Assembly: GCA_027729805.1 (NCBI GenBank)
Contig: JAQCEO010000003.1
Location: 6,302 to 70,301, forward strand
Direction: 5' to 3'
DNA: 64,000 nucleotides
Source of the DNA: Actinomycetota bacterium
GTDB lineage: Bacteria; Actinomycetota; Actinomycetes; S36-B12
Made by a program: the position numbers and the translations under genes. Below are positions 10,468 through 21,619 of the stretch, in pieces (the stretch's first letter is position 1; each line of letters starts with the position of its first letter). The notes below the pieces were generated by a model. The model did no database searches. It was not told the origin of the DNA and worked only from the letters and a program-made list of their open reading frames with translations.

Positions 10468-11318
10468 GAAGCATCCAATGCTGGGGCGCCGAGCGCATCG
10501 GCAGGAATTGTGCCAATTTCAGCCCAGCGCACCAGATCACCACGAAATATTGGGCCCTCCACGCAGGACCGGACCATCCGGGTGAGCCCATCCTCACCGA
10601 TCACCGGCAGCACGCAGGTCATACAGATGCCAATACCGCAGGCCATGGCTTCCTCGACCGAACACTGGCTATAAGCGCGATACTCCGAGGCAATGGCGGC
10701 GACTGCCTCGAGCATGCCCATCGGCCCACATGCGTAAACCACGACCGAATTACTACGTTCCATAATACCGGGCAGCACATCGGTGACCCGGCCCTTCGTT
10801 CCGGATGAGCCATCCTCGGTGGTGATTGTGAGCATTGACGAGACCCTCTTGATGTCCAGGACACCGTAGAGTTTTTCTTCGGTTGAAGCACCAAGTACCA
10901 CATCAACTCGGCATCCGCGCTCGCGTAGCTGCTCGGCCAACATAAAAAGTGGGGCCGATCCGTAGCCACCCCCTACCAACACACATGGCACCCCCTCTTT
11001 CGGCAAAATAAATGGCTTACCGAGGGGGCCGACAATCTCAAGGGTGTCATGGCGACGCCGTTCACTAAGCCAGCGACTTCCTTTACCATGCACACCGACT
11101 ACCACATCTAATGTGCCCCCGTAAACTCCGCGGGATTGCACTTGATGGATTGCAAATGCCCGTTGCAAGATCAGGCCGGATTCTTCGCCGCCAATCCCAA
11201 TGGTGACGAAGTGACCGGGGCGAAAAGACTCTGGAATACCCGAGGCAGTGATGGACAACACGTAGTAGGAACCGGCGCGGCGCACATCAAGTACCTCTCC
11301 CCTTACCTGAATTGGCAT
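10464..11318 (-). CDS. pyrK: Dihydroorotate dehydrogenase (class 1B) electron-transfer subunit
   Basis: 284 aa. Ferredoxin-reductase-like fold (RPGHFV, GGGYGSAPL) and a C-terminal 2Fe-2S Cys cluster (CGIGICMTCV...C). Immediately upstream of pyrD. Confidence 0.88.
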   Translation of the reverse strand: MPIQVRGEVLDVRRAGSYYVLSITASGIPESFRPGHFVTIGIGGEESGLILQRAFAIHQVQSRGVYGGTLDVVVGVHGKGSRWLSERRRHDTLEIVGPLGKPFILPKEGVPCVLVGGGYGSAPLFMLAEQLRERGCRVDVVLGASTEEKLYGVLDIKRVSSMLTITTEDGSSGTKGRVTDVLPGIMERSNSVVVYACGPMGMLEAVAAIASEYRAYSQCSVEEAMACGIGICMTCVLPVIGEDGLTRMVRSCVEGPIFRGDLVRWAEIGTIPADALGAPALDAS

Positions 11319-11352
11319 CTAGCCACACCTTCCTCGCTAGCGCGGTCCCAGC

Positions 11353-14300
11353 TCAACTTGACTCCGCCGGGTTGAGGCTACCGCTAGCACTTAGCCGAAG
11401 CTTGAGCAGATCTCGGGCATGGTCTTGCAGGGAGCGAACACTGGCATCGGCTTGGCGCAGGGAATCAATGCCTTGTACCGCGGCCGCCAAGCCCTGAACC
11501 GTGGTGATGCACGGCACGGACTTGATCACCGCGGCCGTGCGGATTTCGTAGCCGTCCACACGCGGGCCGACCCCGTAGGGAGTATTGACAATAAGTGCGA
11601 TCTCACCAGCCATGATCAGATCAATTGTGGTTGGCTCACCTGCCGGGCCCCGGCCCTCATGGTGCTTTCGCAATACCCGCGCTCTTATCCCGTGGCGTCC
11701 CAAAATATCAGCAGTACCGGCCGTGGCCGCGATCTCAAACCCCATATCAGCTAACCGCATGATCGGGAAGATCGCTGCGCGCTTATCGCGATTCGCAAGC
11801 GACACGAACGCCGTACCAGAAGTCGGCAATCCCCCGGCATATGCCGCCTCCTGGGACTTCGCAAATGCCAACCCAAAACTATCGTCAATACCCATGACTT
11901 CGCCGGTCGAACGCATTTCCGGGCCGAGCAAAGTGTCAACACCATGGAACCGGCCGAACGGAAGAACGGCCTCTTTAACCGAGCATGCCGCACCCGCTGG
12001 CATGGTGCCACCGTCACCGAACTCCGGTAGTAAACCCGCACTACGCAGTTGAGCAATTGTTTGGCCAACCATGACCCGGGCGGCCGCTTTCGCGATCGGA
12101 ACGGCGGTTGCCTTGGAGACGAATGGCACGGTACGCGAGGCTCTTGGATTGGCCTCGAGCACATAAAGCACATCCGATACCAAAGCATATTGCACATTTA
12201 GCAGCCCAAGTACTCCGATTGCCTTGGCGATGCGAAGAGTGGACTCACGAATACGATCTATCTCCGATGCGCCCAAGGTGATTGGGGGTAGCGCACATGC
12301 TGAATCCCCAGAATGTATGCCGGCTTCCTCAATATGTTCCATCACACCCGCGAGGAAGAGTTCTTCACCATCAAAGATCGCATCAACATCAATCTCGATG
12401 GCATCATCCAAGAAACGATCGACTAATACTGGGTGTTCGGGGTTAATCTGAGTTGCCCTGCCCAAATAGTCAGCGAGCATTTCGTCGTCGTAGACGATCT
12501 CCATGCCGCGGCCACCGAGAACATAACTTGGGCGAACCAGTACCGGGTAGCCGACATCGGCCGCAATCGCTTGTGCTTCCGGAAAGGACCTAGCGGTGCC
12601 GTGCTTGGGCGCCGGCAGATCCGCCTGCGCGAGCACACGACCAAATGCACCCCGATCTTCGGCTAGGTGAATCGACTCCGGGCTAGTGCCGATGATCGGC
12701 ACACCGGCATTCTTTAGCCGCTGGGCAAGTCCAAGTGGGGTTTGCCCGCCCAGTTGCACGATCACCCCGATCATGTTGCCCGCCTGCTGCTCTGCGTGCA
12801 CTATCTCTAGTACATCCTCGAAAGTCAGCGGCTCAAAATATAGGCGGTCCGATGTGTCGTAGTCAGTCGAAACGGTCTCGGGATTGCAATTGATCATGAT
12901 CGTTTCATACCCGGCATCGCGTAACGTCAGCGCAGCATGGACACATGAGTAGTCGAATTCAATACCCTGGCCAATGCGATTTGGACCTGATCCCAGAATA
13001 ATCACTTTCGGGCGGTCACTAGCGATAGCTTCATTTTCATCATCGTAAGTTGAATAGTGATATGGGGTCTGCGCCTCGAACTCGGCCGCGCAAGTGTCCA
13101 CCGTCTTAAATACCGGCCGCACACCGAGGTGATGGCGAATCTCTCGGATTTCGTCCTCGCTACTGCCGCGTAGTTGGCCGATTTGTTTATCTGAGAAACC
13201 GCTTCGCTTCACGCGGCGAAGTAGTTGCTCATCGAGGACTGATGCAGATCGAATCTCATCCGCGAGTTCATTCAATTGGCAGATTTGGTCCAAAAACCAG
13301 GGGTCAATACCCGTGGACTCGTGAACCTGATCAATTGACGCTCCGGCCCACAGCGCCTGCTGAACCAAGGAGAGACGACCATCATGGGGTCGGTGCATTT
13401 GCTCAAGGAAAACTTGCACATCCACGCCCGCTGGGTCGGTCGGCCAGGTGAAAATTGCTTCAGGCTTCTCCAATGAACGAAGTGCCTTTTGCAATGCCTC
13501 GCCAAAGTTTCGGCCGATTGACATGGCTTCACCAACACTTTTCATAGTGGTGGTCAACACCGGATCAGCGTTGGGGAACTTCTCGAAAGCAAACCGTGGG
13601 ACTTTGACAACAACATAGTCAAGACTAGGTTCAAAGGACGACGGCGTCTTCTTGGTGATGTCGTTGGGGATCTCATCAAGTGTGTAGCCAATAGCCAACC
13701 GGGCTGCGATTTTGGCGATGGGGAACCCGGTGGCCTTAGATGCCAGAGCCGATGAGCGAGAAACTCTTGGATTCATCTCGATGACTATCATGCGGCCATC
13801 TGCAGGATTGATTGCGAACTGAATATTGCACCCACCCGTATCCACTCCGACGGCTCGAATAATTTCGATCCCGACATCGCGCATATGCTGATACTCACGA
13901 TCGGTGAGAGTCAAAGCCGGCGCAACCGTTATTGAGTCACCGGTGTGCACGCCCATCGGGTCGAGGTTCTCGATTGAGCAGATCACGACGACATTGTCAT
14001 TTCGATCGCGCATCAGCTCAAGTTCGTACTCCTTCCAGCCGATTATCGACTCTTCTAGGAGCACCTCGGTAGTTGGACTCGCTTGCAGGCCGGCTCCCGC
14101 GATGCGCAACAAGTCCTCGTCGTTGTAGGCGATACCGGACCCCGCTCCGCCCATCGTGAATGAGGGCCGGACTACGACCGGAAACCCAAGTTGCTCAGCG
14201 GCCCGCTGAGCCTCGGTCATCGAATGGCAAACCACCGACGGCGCACTTTCGGCTCCGATCGCGGCGACGATACCGCGAAACAATTCCCGGTTCTCGCCAC

Positions 14301-14673
14301 GCTCGATAGCATCGACGTCAGCGCCGATCATTTCAACGCCGTACCGCTCGAGCACACCGTTCTTGTGCAGCGCTACCGCAATATTCAATGCCGTTTGGCC
14401 ACCCAATGTTGGTAGCACCGCGTCCGGGCGCTCCTTAGCGATGATGCGCTCGACAAACTCTGGGGTAATTGGCTCGATATACGTTGCATCAGAAAATTCC
14501 GGGTCAGTCATGATCGTTGCCGGATTTGAATTCACTAGCACGACGCGTAGGCCCTCGTCCTTTAGTACCCGACAGGCTTGCGTACCCGAATAGTCGAACT
14601 CACAGCCCTGCCCGATGACAATCGGCCCCGACCCAATCACCAAGATCGACTTGATGTCCGCGCGCCTTGGCAT
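11353..14673 (-). CDS. carB: Carbamoyl-phosphate synthase large subunit
   Basis: 1106 aa. Duplicated ATP-grasp halves, an N-terminus reading [24 protein letters not shown] and a C-terminal MGS-like domain. Confidence 0.97.
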   Translation of the reverse strand: MPRRADIKSILVIGSGPIVIGQGCEFDYSGTQACRVLKDEGLRVVLVNSNPATIMTDPEFSDATYIEPITPEFVERIIAKERPDAVLPTLGGQTALNIAVALHKNGVLERYGVEMIGADVDAIERGENRELFRGIVAAIGAESAPSVVCHSMTEAQRAAEQLGFPVVVRPSFTMGGAGSGIAYNDEDLLRIAGAGLQASPTTEVLLEESIIGWKEYELELMRDRNDNVVVICSIENLDPMGVHTGDSITVAPALTLTDREYQHMRDVGIEIIRAVGVDTGGCNIQFAINPADGRMIVIEMNPRVSRSSALASKATGFPIAKIAARLAIGYTLDEIPNDITKKTPSSFEPSLDYVVVKVPRFAFEKFPNADPVLTTTMKSVGEAMSIGRNFGEALQKALRSLEKPEAIFTWPTDPAGVDVQVFLEQMHRPHDGRLSLVQQALWAGASIDQVHESTGIDPWFLDQICQLNELADEIRSASVLDEQLLRRVKRSGFSDKQIGQLRGSSEDEIREIRHHLGVRPVFKTVDTCAAEFEAQTPYHYSTYDDENEAIASDRPKVIILGSGPNRIGQGIEFDYSCVHAALTLRDAGYETIMINCNPETVSTDYDTSDRLYFEPLTFEDVLEIVHAEQQAGNMIGVIVQLGGQTPLGLAQRLKNAGVPIIGTSPESIHLAEDRGAFGRVLAQADLPAPKHGTARSFPEAQAIAADVGYPVLVRPSYVLGGRGMEIVYDDEMLADYLGRATQINPEHPVLVDRFLDDAIEIDVDAIFDGEELFLAGVMEHIEEAGIHSGDSACALPPITLGASEIDRIRESTLRIAKAIGVLGLLNVQYALVSDVLYVLEANPRASRTVPFVSKATAVPIAKAAARVMVGQTIAQLRSAGLLPEFGDGGTMPAGAACSVKEAVLPFGRFHGVDTLLGPEMRSTGEVMGIDDSFGLAFAKSQEAAYAGGLPTSGTAFVSLANRDKRAAIFPIMRLADMGFEIAATAGTADILGRHGIRARVLRKHHEGRGPAGEPTTIDLIMAGEIALIVNTPYGVGPRVDGYEIRTAAVIKSVPCITTVQGLAAAVQGIDSLRQADASVRSLQDHARDLLKLRLSASGSLNPAESS

Positions 14674-15821
14674 TAGCGATCAGCTTTCATTAGATCAACG
14701 AACTCGTCGAATAGCCCGGCGGCATCATGCGGTCCGGCGGCGGCCTCTGGGTGATACTGAACACTAAACGCCGGCACCTCGAGGCAGCGCAAACCTTCAA
14801 CAACATCGTCATTTAGGCAGACATGGCTTACTTCGGCGGACCCAAAAGGTGTCTGGAATGGTCCACCACGCGGGGCCGCGACGGCGAACCCATGATTGTG
14901 CGCGGTAACACTCACCCGGCCCGTGCGCAGATCCTGAACTGGCGAATTGATTCCGCGGTGGCCATAGCGCAATTTGTAGGTCCCCAGTCCGAGGGCTCTA
15001 CCTAGGATTTGATTACCGAAACAAATACCAAAAACTGGTACCCGAGCGGTGAGCACCTGCGACAACAGCGCAACTGCGCTATCAGCGGTTGCCGGGTCGC
15101 CGGGGCCGTTCGAGAAGAACACCCCGTCGGGATTTCGGGCGAGGACCTCCGGTGCGGTAGTGGTCGACGGGACCACTTGCACCTCAATGCCTCGTTGGGT
15201 TAGCAGGTGCGGGGTCATTGTCTTAATACCAAGATCAACAGCTACCACCGTGAACTCACGGCTGCCGATAGCCGGCACCGAGTAGGCCTTAGTGGTGCTC
15301 ACCTCACCGGTCAGGTTCGCACCCGTCATTGCCGGGCTGGACTGCACCTGAGCCAATAACTTTGTGGTCGGCAGACCCGCTTGGGCACCGGTGAAGATCC
15401 CAGCGCGCATGGCACCGCGTTCGCGTAGGTGCCGGACCAGCGCCCGGGTATCCACCCCGCAAATCCCGACGATCCCTTGCTCGCGAAGTTCATCCTCAAG
15501 CCCACGCTGGGCGCGCCAATTTGAGGAAACGCGCGAAGGATCGCGCACTACATAACCGGCCACCCAAATACGTGCGGACTCACCATCTTCGTCATTAACT
15601 CCGGTATTACCAATATGCGGTGCGGTCATGATTACGATCTGGCGCCGGTATGACGGATCGGTCAAGGTCTCCTGGTAACCGGTCATGCCGGTGTTGAAGA
15701 CCGCTTCACCGACGGTGTGACCCGCTGCCCCATAGCTTTGTCCCCGGGCTACCTGGCCATCCTCCAGCACCAAAACCGCAGGCGCACGAGCAATTGACCT
15801 ACCCACACCCCTATTCAACAT
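14673..15821 (-). CDS. carA: Carbamoyl-phosphate synthase small (glutaminase) subunit
   Basis: 382 aa. GICFGNQIL nucleophile elbow and the VQYHPEA triad block. Its stop overlaps the carB ATG. Confidence 0.96.
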   Translation of the reverse strand: MLNRGVGRSIARAPAVLVLEDGQVARGQSYGAAGHTVGEAVFNTGMTGYQETLTDPSYRRQIVIMTAPHIGNTGVNDEDGESARIWVAGYVVRDPSRVSSNWRAQRGLEDELREQGIVGICGVDTRALVRHLRERGAMRAGIFTGAQAGLPTTKLLAQVQSSPAMTGANLTGEVSTTKAYSVPAIGSREFTVVAVDLGIKTMTPHLLTQRGIEVQVVPSTTTAPEVLARNPDGVFFSNGPGDPATADSAVALLSQVLTARVPVFGICFGNQILGRALGLGTYKLRYGHRGINSPVQDLRTGRVSVTAHNHGFAVAAPRGGPFQTPFGSAEVSHVCLNDDVVEGLRCLEVPAFSVQYHPEAAAGPHDAAGLFDEFVDLMKADR

Positions 15822-17107
15822 GTGGTGCTACCGCCGGTGACGCTCGCCTCACCCGACTTGAAAACGTGGACGACACGGCCCGGCAAAGTCATCCCCGAGT
15901 ACGGGCTGTTACGACTCTTTGAGGCGAAAGTGGCTGGTTCCACGACCCAGGACGCCGCCGGGTCAACCACCGCGATATTGGCCGGTGCACCCACCACCAA
16001 ATCATGTCCGTGTCCCACCGCATGGCCAATGCGGGCCGGGCGCACCGACAGCCGATCGGCGAGGGTGCGCCAATCCAATAACCCGGAATTGATCATGGTC
16101 AGCACCGCGATACTAAATGCGGTCTGCAATCCGAGCATGCCAAATGCGGCCGCAGCCCATTCGCAATCCTTGTCCTCGTGGGGGTGCGGTGCATGATCGG
16201 TGGCGATAGCGTCGATAGTGCCAGCTGCCAATGCGGCTCGTAACGCAATTACATCTGCACTGGTTCGAAGGGGTGGATTCACTTTGTACACGGGGTCATA
16301 GGTGGCCACTAGGTCTTCGGTAAGTAGCAGGTGATGTGGGGTCACTTCCGCGGTGACCTTGATACCACGAGCTTTTGCCCACTTGATCACCTCAACCGAG
16401 CCAGCGGTCGAGACATGGCAAACGTGCAGTCGCGAATCAACATGCTCTGCAAGGAGCACATCGCGCGCCACAATTGATTCCTCGGCAGCACCGGGCCAGC
16501 CGGTCAGGCCAAGTTGCCCTGACAGCAAGCCTTCATTCATCTGCGCATCGACTGTCAGCCTTGGCTCTTGCGCGTGCTGTGCAATAACTCCATCGAATGC
16601 CTTCACATATTCAAGTGCCCTTCGCATGATCGCCGCATCGTGAACGCACTTACCATCGTCACTAAACACCCGAACCTGCGCCGCCGAAGTTGCCATGGCA
16701 CCAAGTTCAGCCAATTGCTCGCCGCCGAGGCCAACCGTTACCGCCCCGACCGGGAAAACATCAACCAAGCCGGTCTCTTGCCCCAGGTGCCAAACCTGCT
16801 CGACCACCCCGGCGGTATCGGCAACCGGCGAGGTATTGGCCATGGCGAAGACAGCAGTGAAACCACCGAGTGCCGCAGCCCTAGATCCGGTCTCAATCGT
16901 TTCGGCATCCTCGCGCCCGGGTTCCCGCAAGTGGGTGTGCAGGTCAACGAAGCCAGGTAGCGCAATCAATTCGCCGGCATCAATTACCTGGCCAGCGCCA
17001 CTACCAGCCTTGACGATCTCGGAGATAACCCCGGCACGGATGACGATGTCGACCACGTCTTCACCGTATGGGCGCACCCCGCGAAGAACCGTACTCTGTT
17101 TCGTCAT
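15815..17107 (-). CDS. pyrC: Dihydroorotase
   Basis: 430 aa. [10 protein letters not shown] metal-binding motif and a TDHAPH block. Located between pyrB and carA. Confidence 0.95.
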   Translation of the reverse strand: MTKQSTVLRGVRPYGEDVVDIVIRAGVISEIVKAGSGAGQVIDAGELIALPGFVDLHTHLREPGREDAETIETGSRAAALGGFTAVFAMANTSPVADTAGVVEQVWHLGQETGLVDVFPVGAVTVGLGGEQLAELGAMATSAAQVRVFSDDGKCVHDAAIMRRALEYVKAFDGVIAQHAQEPRLTVDAQMNEGLLSGQLGLTGWPGAAEESIVARDVLLAEHVDSRLHVCHVSTAGSVEVIKWAKARGIKVTAEVTPHHLLLTEDLVATYDPVYKVNPPLRTSADVIALRAALAAGTIDAIATDHAPHPHEDKDCEWAAAAFGMLGLQTAFSIAVLTMINSGLLDWRTLADRLSVRPARIGHAVGHGHDLVVGAPANIAVVDPAASWVVEPATFASKSRNSPYSGMTLPGRVVHVFKSGEASVTGGSTTC

Positions 17108-18057
17108 TAAAGGTCCTTTCGATCCTCGTCAGTCATGCCACCGAGTAGTAGGTAAAGCACGGCCATGCGAATACTCACGCCATTGGTGACTTGCTCGACC
17201 ATCACGGCGCGGGCGCTGTCAGCAACATCTGCAGAAATCTCCATACCCCGATTCATCGGTCCTGGGTGCAAAACAATCGCATGCGGAGGTAGCAAGCCAA
17301 GTCTGCAGATATCTAGCCCGTACCTGCGGCTGTACTCGTTTACCGATGGGATATAAGCCGCGTGCATGCGCTCCGCCTGCACGCGGAGCATCATCACCGC
17401 ATCAACATGCGGTAGCACATCGTCTAGGTCATAACTCACCGCACAGGGCCAATCATTGACACCGTACGGCAGCAATGTTGGAGGTGCGATAACCGTCACC
17501 TGCGCGCCAAGGGTGCGAAGTAGTAGCACATTGGATCTGGCAACCCGGCTATGCAAGATATCCCCGACAATTGCGACCCGCAGCCCGGCTAAATCCCCGG
17601 TGCCGGCGCGCAGGTGGTGTCGAAGGGTGAATGCATCAAGAAGGGCCTGCGTTGGATGCTCATGGGTACCGTCACCGGCATTAACGACACTGCCTTGAAT
17701 CCAGCCCGCTGTCGCCAGGCGATGGGGGGCTCCGGAGGAGCTGTGTCGAATCACCACCGCATCGGCGCCCATCGCCTCCAAGGTGAGCGCGGTGTCCTTG
17801 AGGCTTTCACCCTTTGAAACACTCGACCCCTTGGCGGCAAAGTTAATGACATCCGCAGATAGTCGCTTCGCCGCTATTTCAAATGAAATACGAGTGCGAG
17901 TGGAATCCTCGAAGAACAAATTGACCACGGTGCGACCCCGTAACGTGGGCAGTTTCTTCACCGATCGATCGGTCACCGACGCCAACTGCGCCGCGGTGTC
18001 CAAGATTAGGCAAGCCGCATCCACGTCTAGGTCGCCGGCCGATAGTAAGTGCCGCAT
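17107..18057 (-). CDS. pyrB: Aspartate carbamoyltransferase catalytic subunit
   Basis: 316 aa. STRTR, HPTQ and HPGP motifs. Confidence 0.96.
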   Translation of the reverse strand: MRHLLSAGDLDVDAACLILDTAAQLASVTDRSVKKLPTLRGRTVVNLFFEDSTRTRISFEIAAKRLSADVINFAAKGSSVSKGESLKDTALTLEAMGADAVVIRHSSSGAPHRLATAGWIQGSVVNAGDGTHEHPTQALLDAFTLRHHLRAGTGDLAGLRVAIVGDILHSRVARSNVLLLRTLGAQVTVIAPPTLLPYGVNDWPCAVSYDLDDVLPHVDAVMMLRVQAERMHAAYIPSVNEYSRRYGLDICRLGLLPPHAIVLHPGPMNRGMEISADVADSARAVMVEQVTNGVSIRMAVLYLLLGGMTDEDRKDL

Positions 18058-18618
18058 CTACCTAGCACCGCCCTCAATGGTGACCTCATCGATATCGTCG
18101 AATCCGACTAGGCGCACCCGCACTTGTTCGGCGAGTGCGGTCGGTAGGTTCTTGCCGACGAAATCGGCGCGAATTGGCAGTTCCCGGTGCCCCCTATCAA
18201 CCAGGGCGGCAAGTTGCACACCGCGGGGACGCCCGATGTCGTTCAGTGCGTCCAATGCCGCCCGCACCGTACGTCCAGAAAAGAGCACGTCATCGACAAG
18301 GACGACGACTTTGTCATCGATCCCGCCGGTTGGGATGGCGGTCGATTCAAGGGCACGAGCCGGACGCAGCCGCAAATCATCCCGGTACAAGGTGATATCA
18401 AGGGCCCCCACCGCTACACCCTCGCCGTCAATTTGCTCAATTGCCGCAGCAATGCGATCGGCAAGGAAAACACCTCGGGTCGGGATTCCTAGCAAAATGA
18501 GATCGGCCGCGCCCTTGTTGCGCTCAACAATCTCATGGGAAATGCGTCTAATGGCCCGACCGATATCACCGGCATCGAGTACCACCGACCGCGCCGAATC
18601 CGTAAAACCTGAATCCAT
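18058..18618 (-). CDS. pyrR: Bifunctional pyr operon regulator / uracil phosphoribosyltransferase PyrR
   Basis: PRTase fold with [13 protein letters not shown]. First gene of the pyr operon. The preferred start is the ATG at 18618 (MDSGF...), preceded by GGAAGGGGG. The track start (GTG at 18645) would lie inside the putative PyrR RNA site. Confidence 0.9.
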   Translation of the reverse strand: MDSGFTDSARSVVLDAGDIGRAIRRISHEIVERNKGAADLILLGIPTRGVFLADRIAAAIEQIDGEGVAVGALDITLYRDDLRLRPARALESTAIPTGGIDDKVVVLVDDVLFSGRTVRAALDALNDIGRPRGVQLAALVDRGHRELPIRADFVGKNLPTALAEQVRVRLVGFDDIDEVTIEGGAR

Positions 18619-18624
18619 AAAAAT

Positions 18625-18663
18625 GGACCCCCTTCCCCGTCTCACAGGACGGACTTAAAGGAC
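18625..18663 (-). promoter_or_regulatory. Putative PyrR RNA-binding loop overlapping the pyrR Shine-Dalgarno
   Basis: The minus-strand RNA reads GUCCUUUAAGUCCGUCCUGUGAGACGGGGAAGGGGGUCC. It has a lower stem CCUUU/GAAGG, an AA bulge, and an upper stem CCGUC/GACGG with a purine-rich loop. This resembles the PyrR binding-loop pattern (UCCUUUAA..GUCCAGAGAGGCUG..AAGGA). The 3' arm is the SD for the ATG at 18618. Confidence 0.55.
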
Positions 18664-18704
18664 GTCTAACTCCCTCAACTTAGCACAGGTGCTGGTGGGG
18701 TAGC

Positions 18705-20129
18705 TCAGCCACGTGGCCCAGAGCCAATACTGTGCACGCGCATGCCATTGGTGGTGCCCGGAACGCCGGGGGGAACGCCGGCGACGATTACGACTCGGTC
18801 CCCTGCCATCGCGCGGCCGATATCGAGCAGGGCCTGGTCCACCTGGGCCACCATGTCATCGGTATGAGTCACACCGGTCACCAGGAAAGTTTCCACCCCC
18901 CAAACCAAGGACAGTTGACTGCGCACTCGGGAGCTAGGGGTGAAAGCAAGGAGTGGGGTCTGGTTGCGCCACCGGGCGATGAGTCGCGCCGAAAGCCCGG
19001 TCTCGGTGAACGCGATTAAGTGGGTGGCCTCGATCTCGTCGGCGACGCCCACCGCCGCATGGGTTAGTGCGCGCGCAGTTGAGCCTTGTCGATCGTCAAT
19101 AAGGGGTGGTAACGAGGCCAGTGCCCCCAGTTCAACGTGCTCAATGATTCTCGACATAGTTTCAATGACCAGGCCGGGGTGGGCACCGATGCTGGTCTCC
19201 CCGGACAGCATCAGGGCGTCGGCGCCATCTAATACCGCATTCGCTACATCGCTGACTTCGGCCCGAGTGGGCCGGGTCGCAGACATCATCGAATCCAGCA
19301 TCTGGGTTGCAACGATTACCGGCTTAGAGACTTCACGGCACATTTGGATTGCCCGCTTTTGCACCAGTGGCACCGCTTCGAGCGGTAATTCAACACCGAG
19401 ATCACCACGGGCCACCATCACGCCGTCAAAAGCTTCGACAATCTCCTCAAGGTTGTCAACGGCCTGCGGTTTTTCAACCTTAGCAAGGACCGGCAGGTGC
19501 ACACCTTCTTCGCTCATAATGCGATGAACGTCCTTAATATCGGCAGCCGAACGCACAAATGAAAGAGCGATCATGTCTGCTCCGATGCGCAGTGCCCACC
19601 GCAAATCGTCCATATCTTTCTCGGACATCGCTGGCACACTCACGGCTACTCCGGGCAAATTGAAGCCCTTGTTATCCGATACTCGGCCGCCTTCTACTAC
19701 CCGCGTTACCACCCGCGGCCCGTCAACGGCGGTAACTTCCAAGGTGATGCGCCCGTCATCAACCAACACTCGATGACCCAGGTGGGCGTCGCGGGGCAGG
19801 TCGGCGTAGGAGGTAGACACCATCTTCACGTCGCCCGGAACGTCCTCGGTGGTGACGATGAACTCAGCACCGGCCTCAAGAAGCACCGACCCACCGACGA
19901 ATCGGCCCAGACGAATTTTAGGGCCCTGCAGATCGACCAGAATCCCAACACCCCTACCGACCTCGTCAGCACACTGTCGTACTTGGGCAAAAGCCTTCGC
20001 GTGATCCGCGTGCCCCCCGTGTGAAAGGTTCAACCGAGCCACATCCATGCCGGCGGCAATTAGGGCCCGGATACTTTCGATGGACGAGGTAGCCGGCCCT
20101 AGGGTGGCAACGATTTTCGCGCGACGCAT
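18705..20129 (-). CDS. pyk: Pyruvate kinase
   Basis: 474 aa. MRRAKIVATLGPAT N-terminus, MVARGDLGVE and ATQMLDSM blocks. Confidence 0.96.
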   Translation of the reverse strand: MRRAKIVATLGPATSSIESIRALIAAGMDVARLNLSHGGHADHAKAFAQVRQCADEVGRGVGILVDLQGPKIRLGRFVGGSVLLEAGAEFIVTTEDVPGDVKMVSTSYADLPRDAHLGHRVLVDDGRITLEVTAVDGPRVVTRVVEGGRVSDNKGFNLPGVAVSVPAMSEKDMDDLRWALRIGADMIALSFVRSAADIKDVHRIMSEEGVHLPVLAKVEKPQAVDNLEEIVEAFDGVMVARGDLGVELPLEAVPLVQKRAIQMCREVSKPVIVATQMLDSMMSATRPTRAEVSDVANAVLDGADALMLSGETSIGAHPGLVIETMSRIIEHVELGALASLPPLIDDRQGSTARALTHAAVGVADEIEATHLIAFTETGLSARLIARWRNQTPLLAFTPSSRVRSQLSLVWGVETFLVTGVTHTDDMVAQVDQALLDIGRAMAGDRVVIVAGVPPGVPGTTNGMRVHSIGSGPRG

Positions 20130-20164
20130 AACCGAAATCCTAGACCACCGCCTTGTAAGCGCTG

Positions 20165-21619
20165 TTAGACAACAAGTGGCCGAGCCGTGGCTAAAATCGG
20201 TGCCGGCAGGTTGGTGGCACCGGTGAGGTATTTATCGACCGAAGCCGCCGCGGCCCGGCCCTCCGCGATCGCCCAGACAATTAGTGACTGTCCCCGGCCA
20301 GCATCACCACAAACATAAACACCGTCCACTTCGGTGCGGTAATCTCGATACCGCTTGACCAACCCGTGCTCATCTAGATCCAGGCCCAACTGCCCCACGA
20401 CCGAGCCGGGCTCGGGCCCGGTAAAGCCCAGTGCCAGCAGCGCCACCTCCGCCGGCAGTTCCCGCGTGGAGCCAGCAACCGGACGAAACCCCCCATCATG
20501 TGGCTCCACATCAACAATTCGAAGTGCCGCTAAGTTGCCACTACCGTCATCGACGAAAGCTTCGGTGGATACCGCGAAGATCCGCTCACCACCTTCCTCA
20601 TGGGCACTGGTGGTGCGGTAGGTCATCGGGTAAGTCGGCCACGGTTCGGTGCCCGGGCGGGCGGTCGGGGGCACCGGCAAGATCTCCAACTGGGTCACCA
20701 ACGCAGCACCTTGGCGGTGTACGGTTCCGAGGCAATCGGCTCCCGTGTCGCCGCCGCCGATGATCACCACGTTCTTGCCGCTCACATCAAGGGGCGAAAG
20801 CGTTAAATCACCTTCCTGTACTCGATTGGCCAACGGCAACACTTCCATTGCCTGATAAACCCCGCGCAGTTCGCGCCCAGGAATCGGCATATCACGCCAC
20901 TTGGTCGCACCAATCGCCAGTACTACCGCGTCGTACCGCCGCCTTAAGTCTTCTCCGGTGATGTCCGTTCCAACATCAACGCCCGCACGAAACTTGACTC
21001 CTTCGGCAACAAGTTGTGCCAATCTTCTATCAAGGTGGCTCTTTTCCATCTTGAACTCCGGGATGCCATAGCGCAGCAGCCCGCCGATGCGATCGGCGCG
21101 CTCATACACCACAACCGTGTGCCCGGCTCTCGCTAGTTGTTGCGCTGCCGCCAAACCGGCAGGACCAGATCCGATCACCGCAACCGTCTTACCGGAAAGT
21201 CGCTCGGGTGGTTGCGGGGTAACCCAATTCTGCTCCCAAGCCTTGTCGATAATCGAAACTTCCACCTGCTTGATGGTCACCGGGTCAGCATTGATACCTA
21301 ATACACATGCGGTCTCACACGGGGCGGGGCAAAGACGCCCGGTGAATTCCGGGAAGTTATTAGTCGCGTGCAATCGCTCGCTGGCCAACTGCCAATCCCC
21401 ACGCCACACCAGATCATTCCACTCGGGGATCAAATTGCCGAGGGGGCAACCGTTATGACAGAACGGGATACCGCAGTCCATACAGCGTCCGGCTTGCTTT
21501 TCGAGCCGGTCAGCACCGAACTCTAGATAGACTTCACGCCAATCCTGTAACCGAATATCAACCGGCCTTCGCACTGGGAGTTCGCGGTCGGTATTTAAGA
21601 AACCCTTCGGATCAGCCAC
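20165..21619 (-). CDS. gltD: Glutamate synthase (NADPH) small subunit
   Basis: 484 aa. Fe-S Cys clusters ([19 protein letters not shown]), [14 protein letters not shown] dinucleotide fold. Overlaps the gltB stop. Confidence 0.95.
   Translation of the reverse strand: MADPKGFLNTDRELPVRRPVDIRLQDWREVYLEFGADRLEKQAGRCMDCGIPFCHNGCPLGNLIPEWNDLVWRGDWQLASERLHATNNFPEFTGRLCPAPCETACVLGINADPVTIKQVEVSIIDKAWEQNWVTPQPPERLSGKTVAVIGSGPAGLAAAQQLARAGHTVVVYERADRIGGLLRYGIPEFKMEKSHLDRRLAQLVAEGVKFRAGVDVGTDITGEDLRRRYDAVVLAIGATKWRDMPIPGRELRGVYQAMEVLPLANRVQEGDLTLSPLDVSGKNVVIIGGGDTGADCLGTVHRQGAALVTQLEILPVPPTARPGTEPWPTYPMTYRTTSAHEEGGERIFAVSTEAFVDDGSGNLAALRIVDVEPHDGGFRPVAGSTRELPAEVALLALGFTGPEPGSVVGQLGLDLDEHGLVKRYRDYRTEVDGVYVCGDAGRGQSLIVWAIAEGRAAAASVDKYLTGATNLPAPILATARPLVV

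Noticed and set aside
17783-18658. 291-aa plus-strand ORF antisense to pyrB/pyrR. Similar long antisense ORFs occur at 880-1572, 6694-7392, 38371-38625 and elsewhere.
   Set aside because: These are typical high-GC shadow ORFs. They lie exactly opposite strongly conserved genes, their translations are Ser/Arg/Ala/Pro-rich low-complexity strings without motifs, and they have no SD or independent intergenic context.
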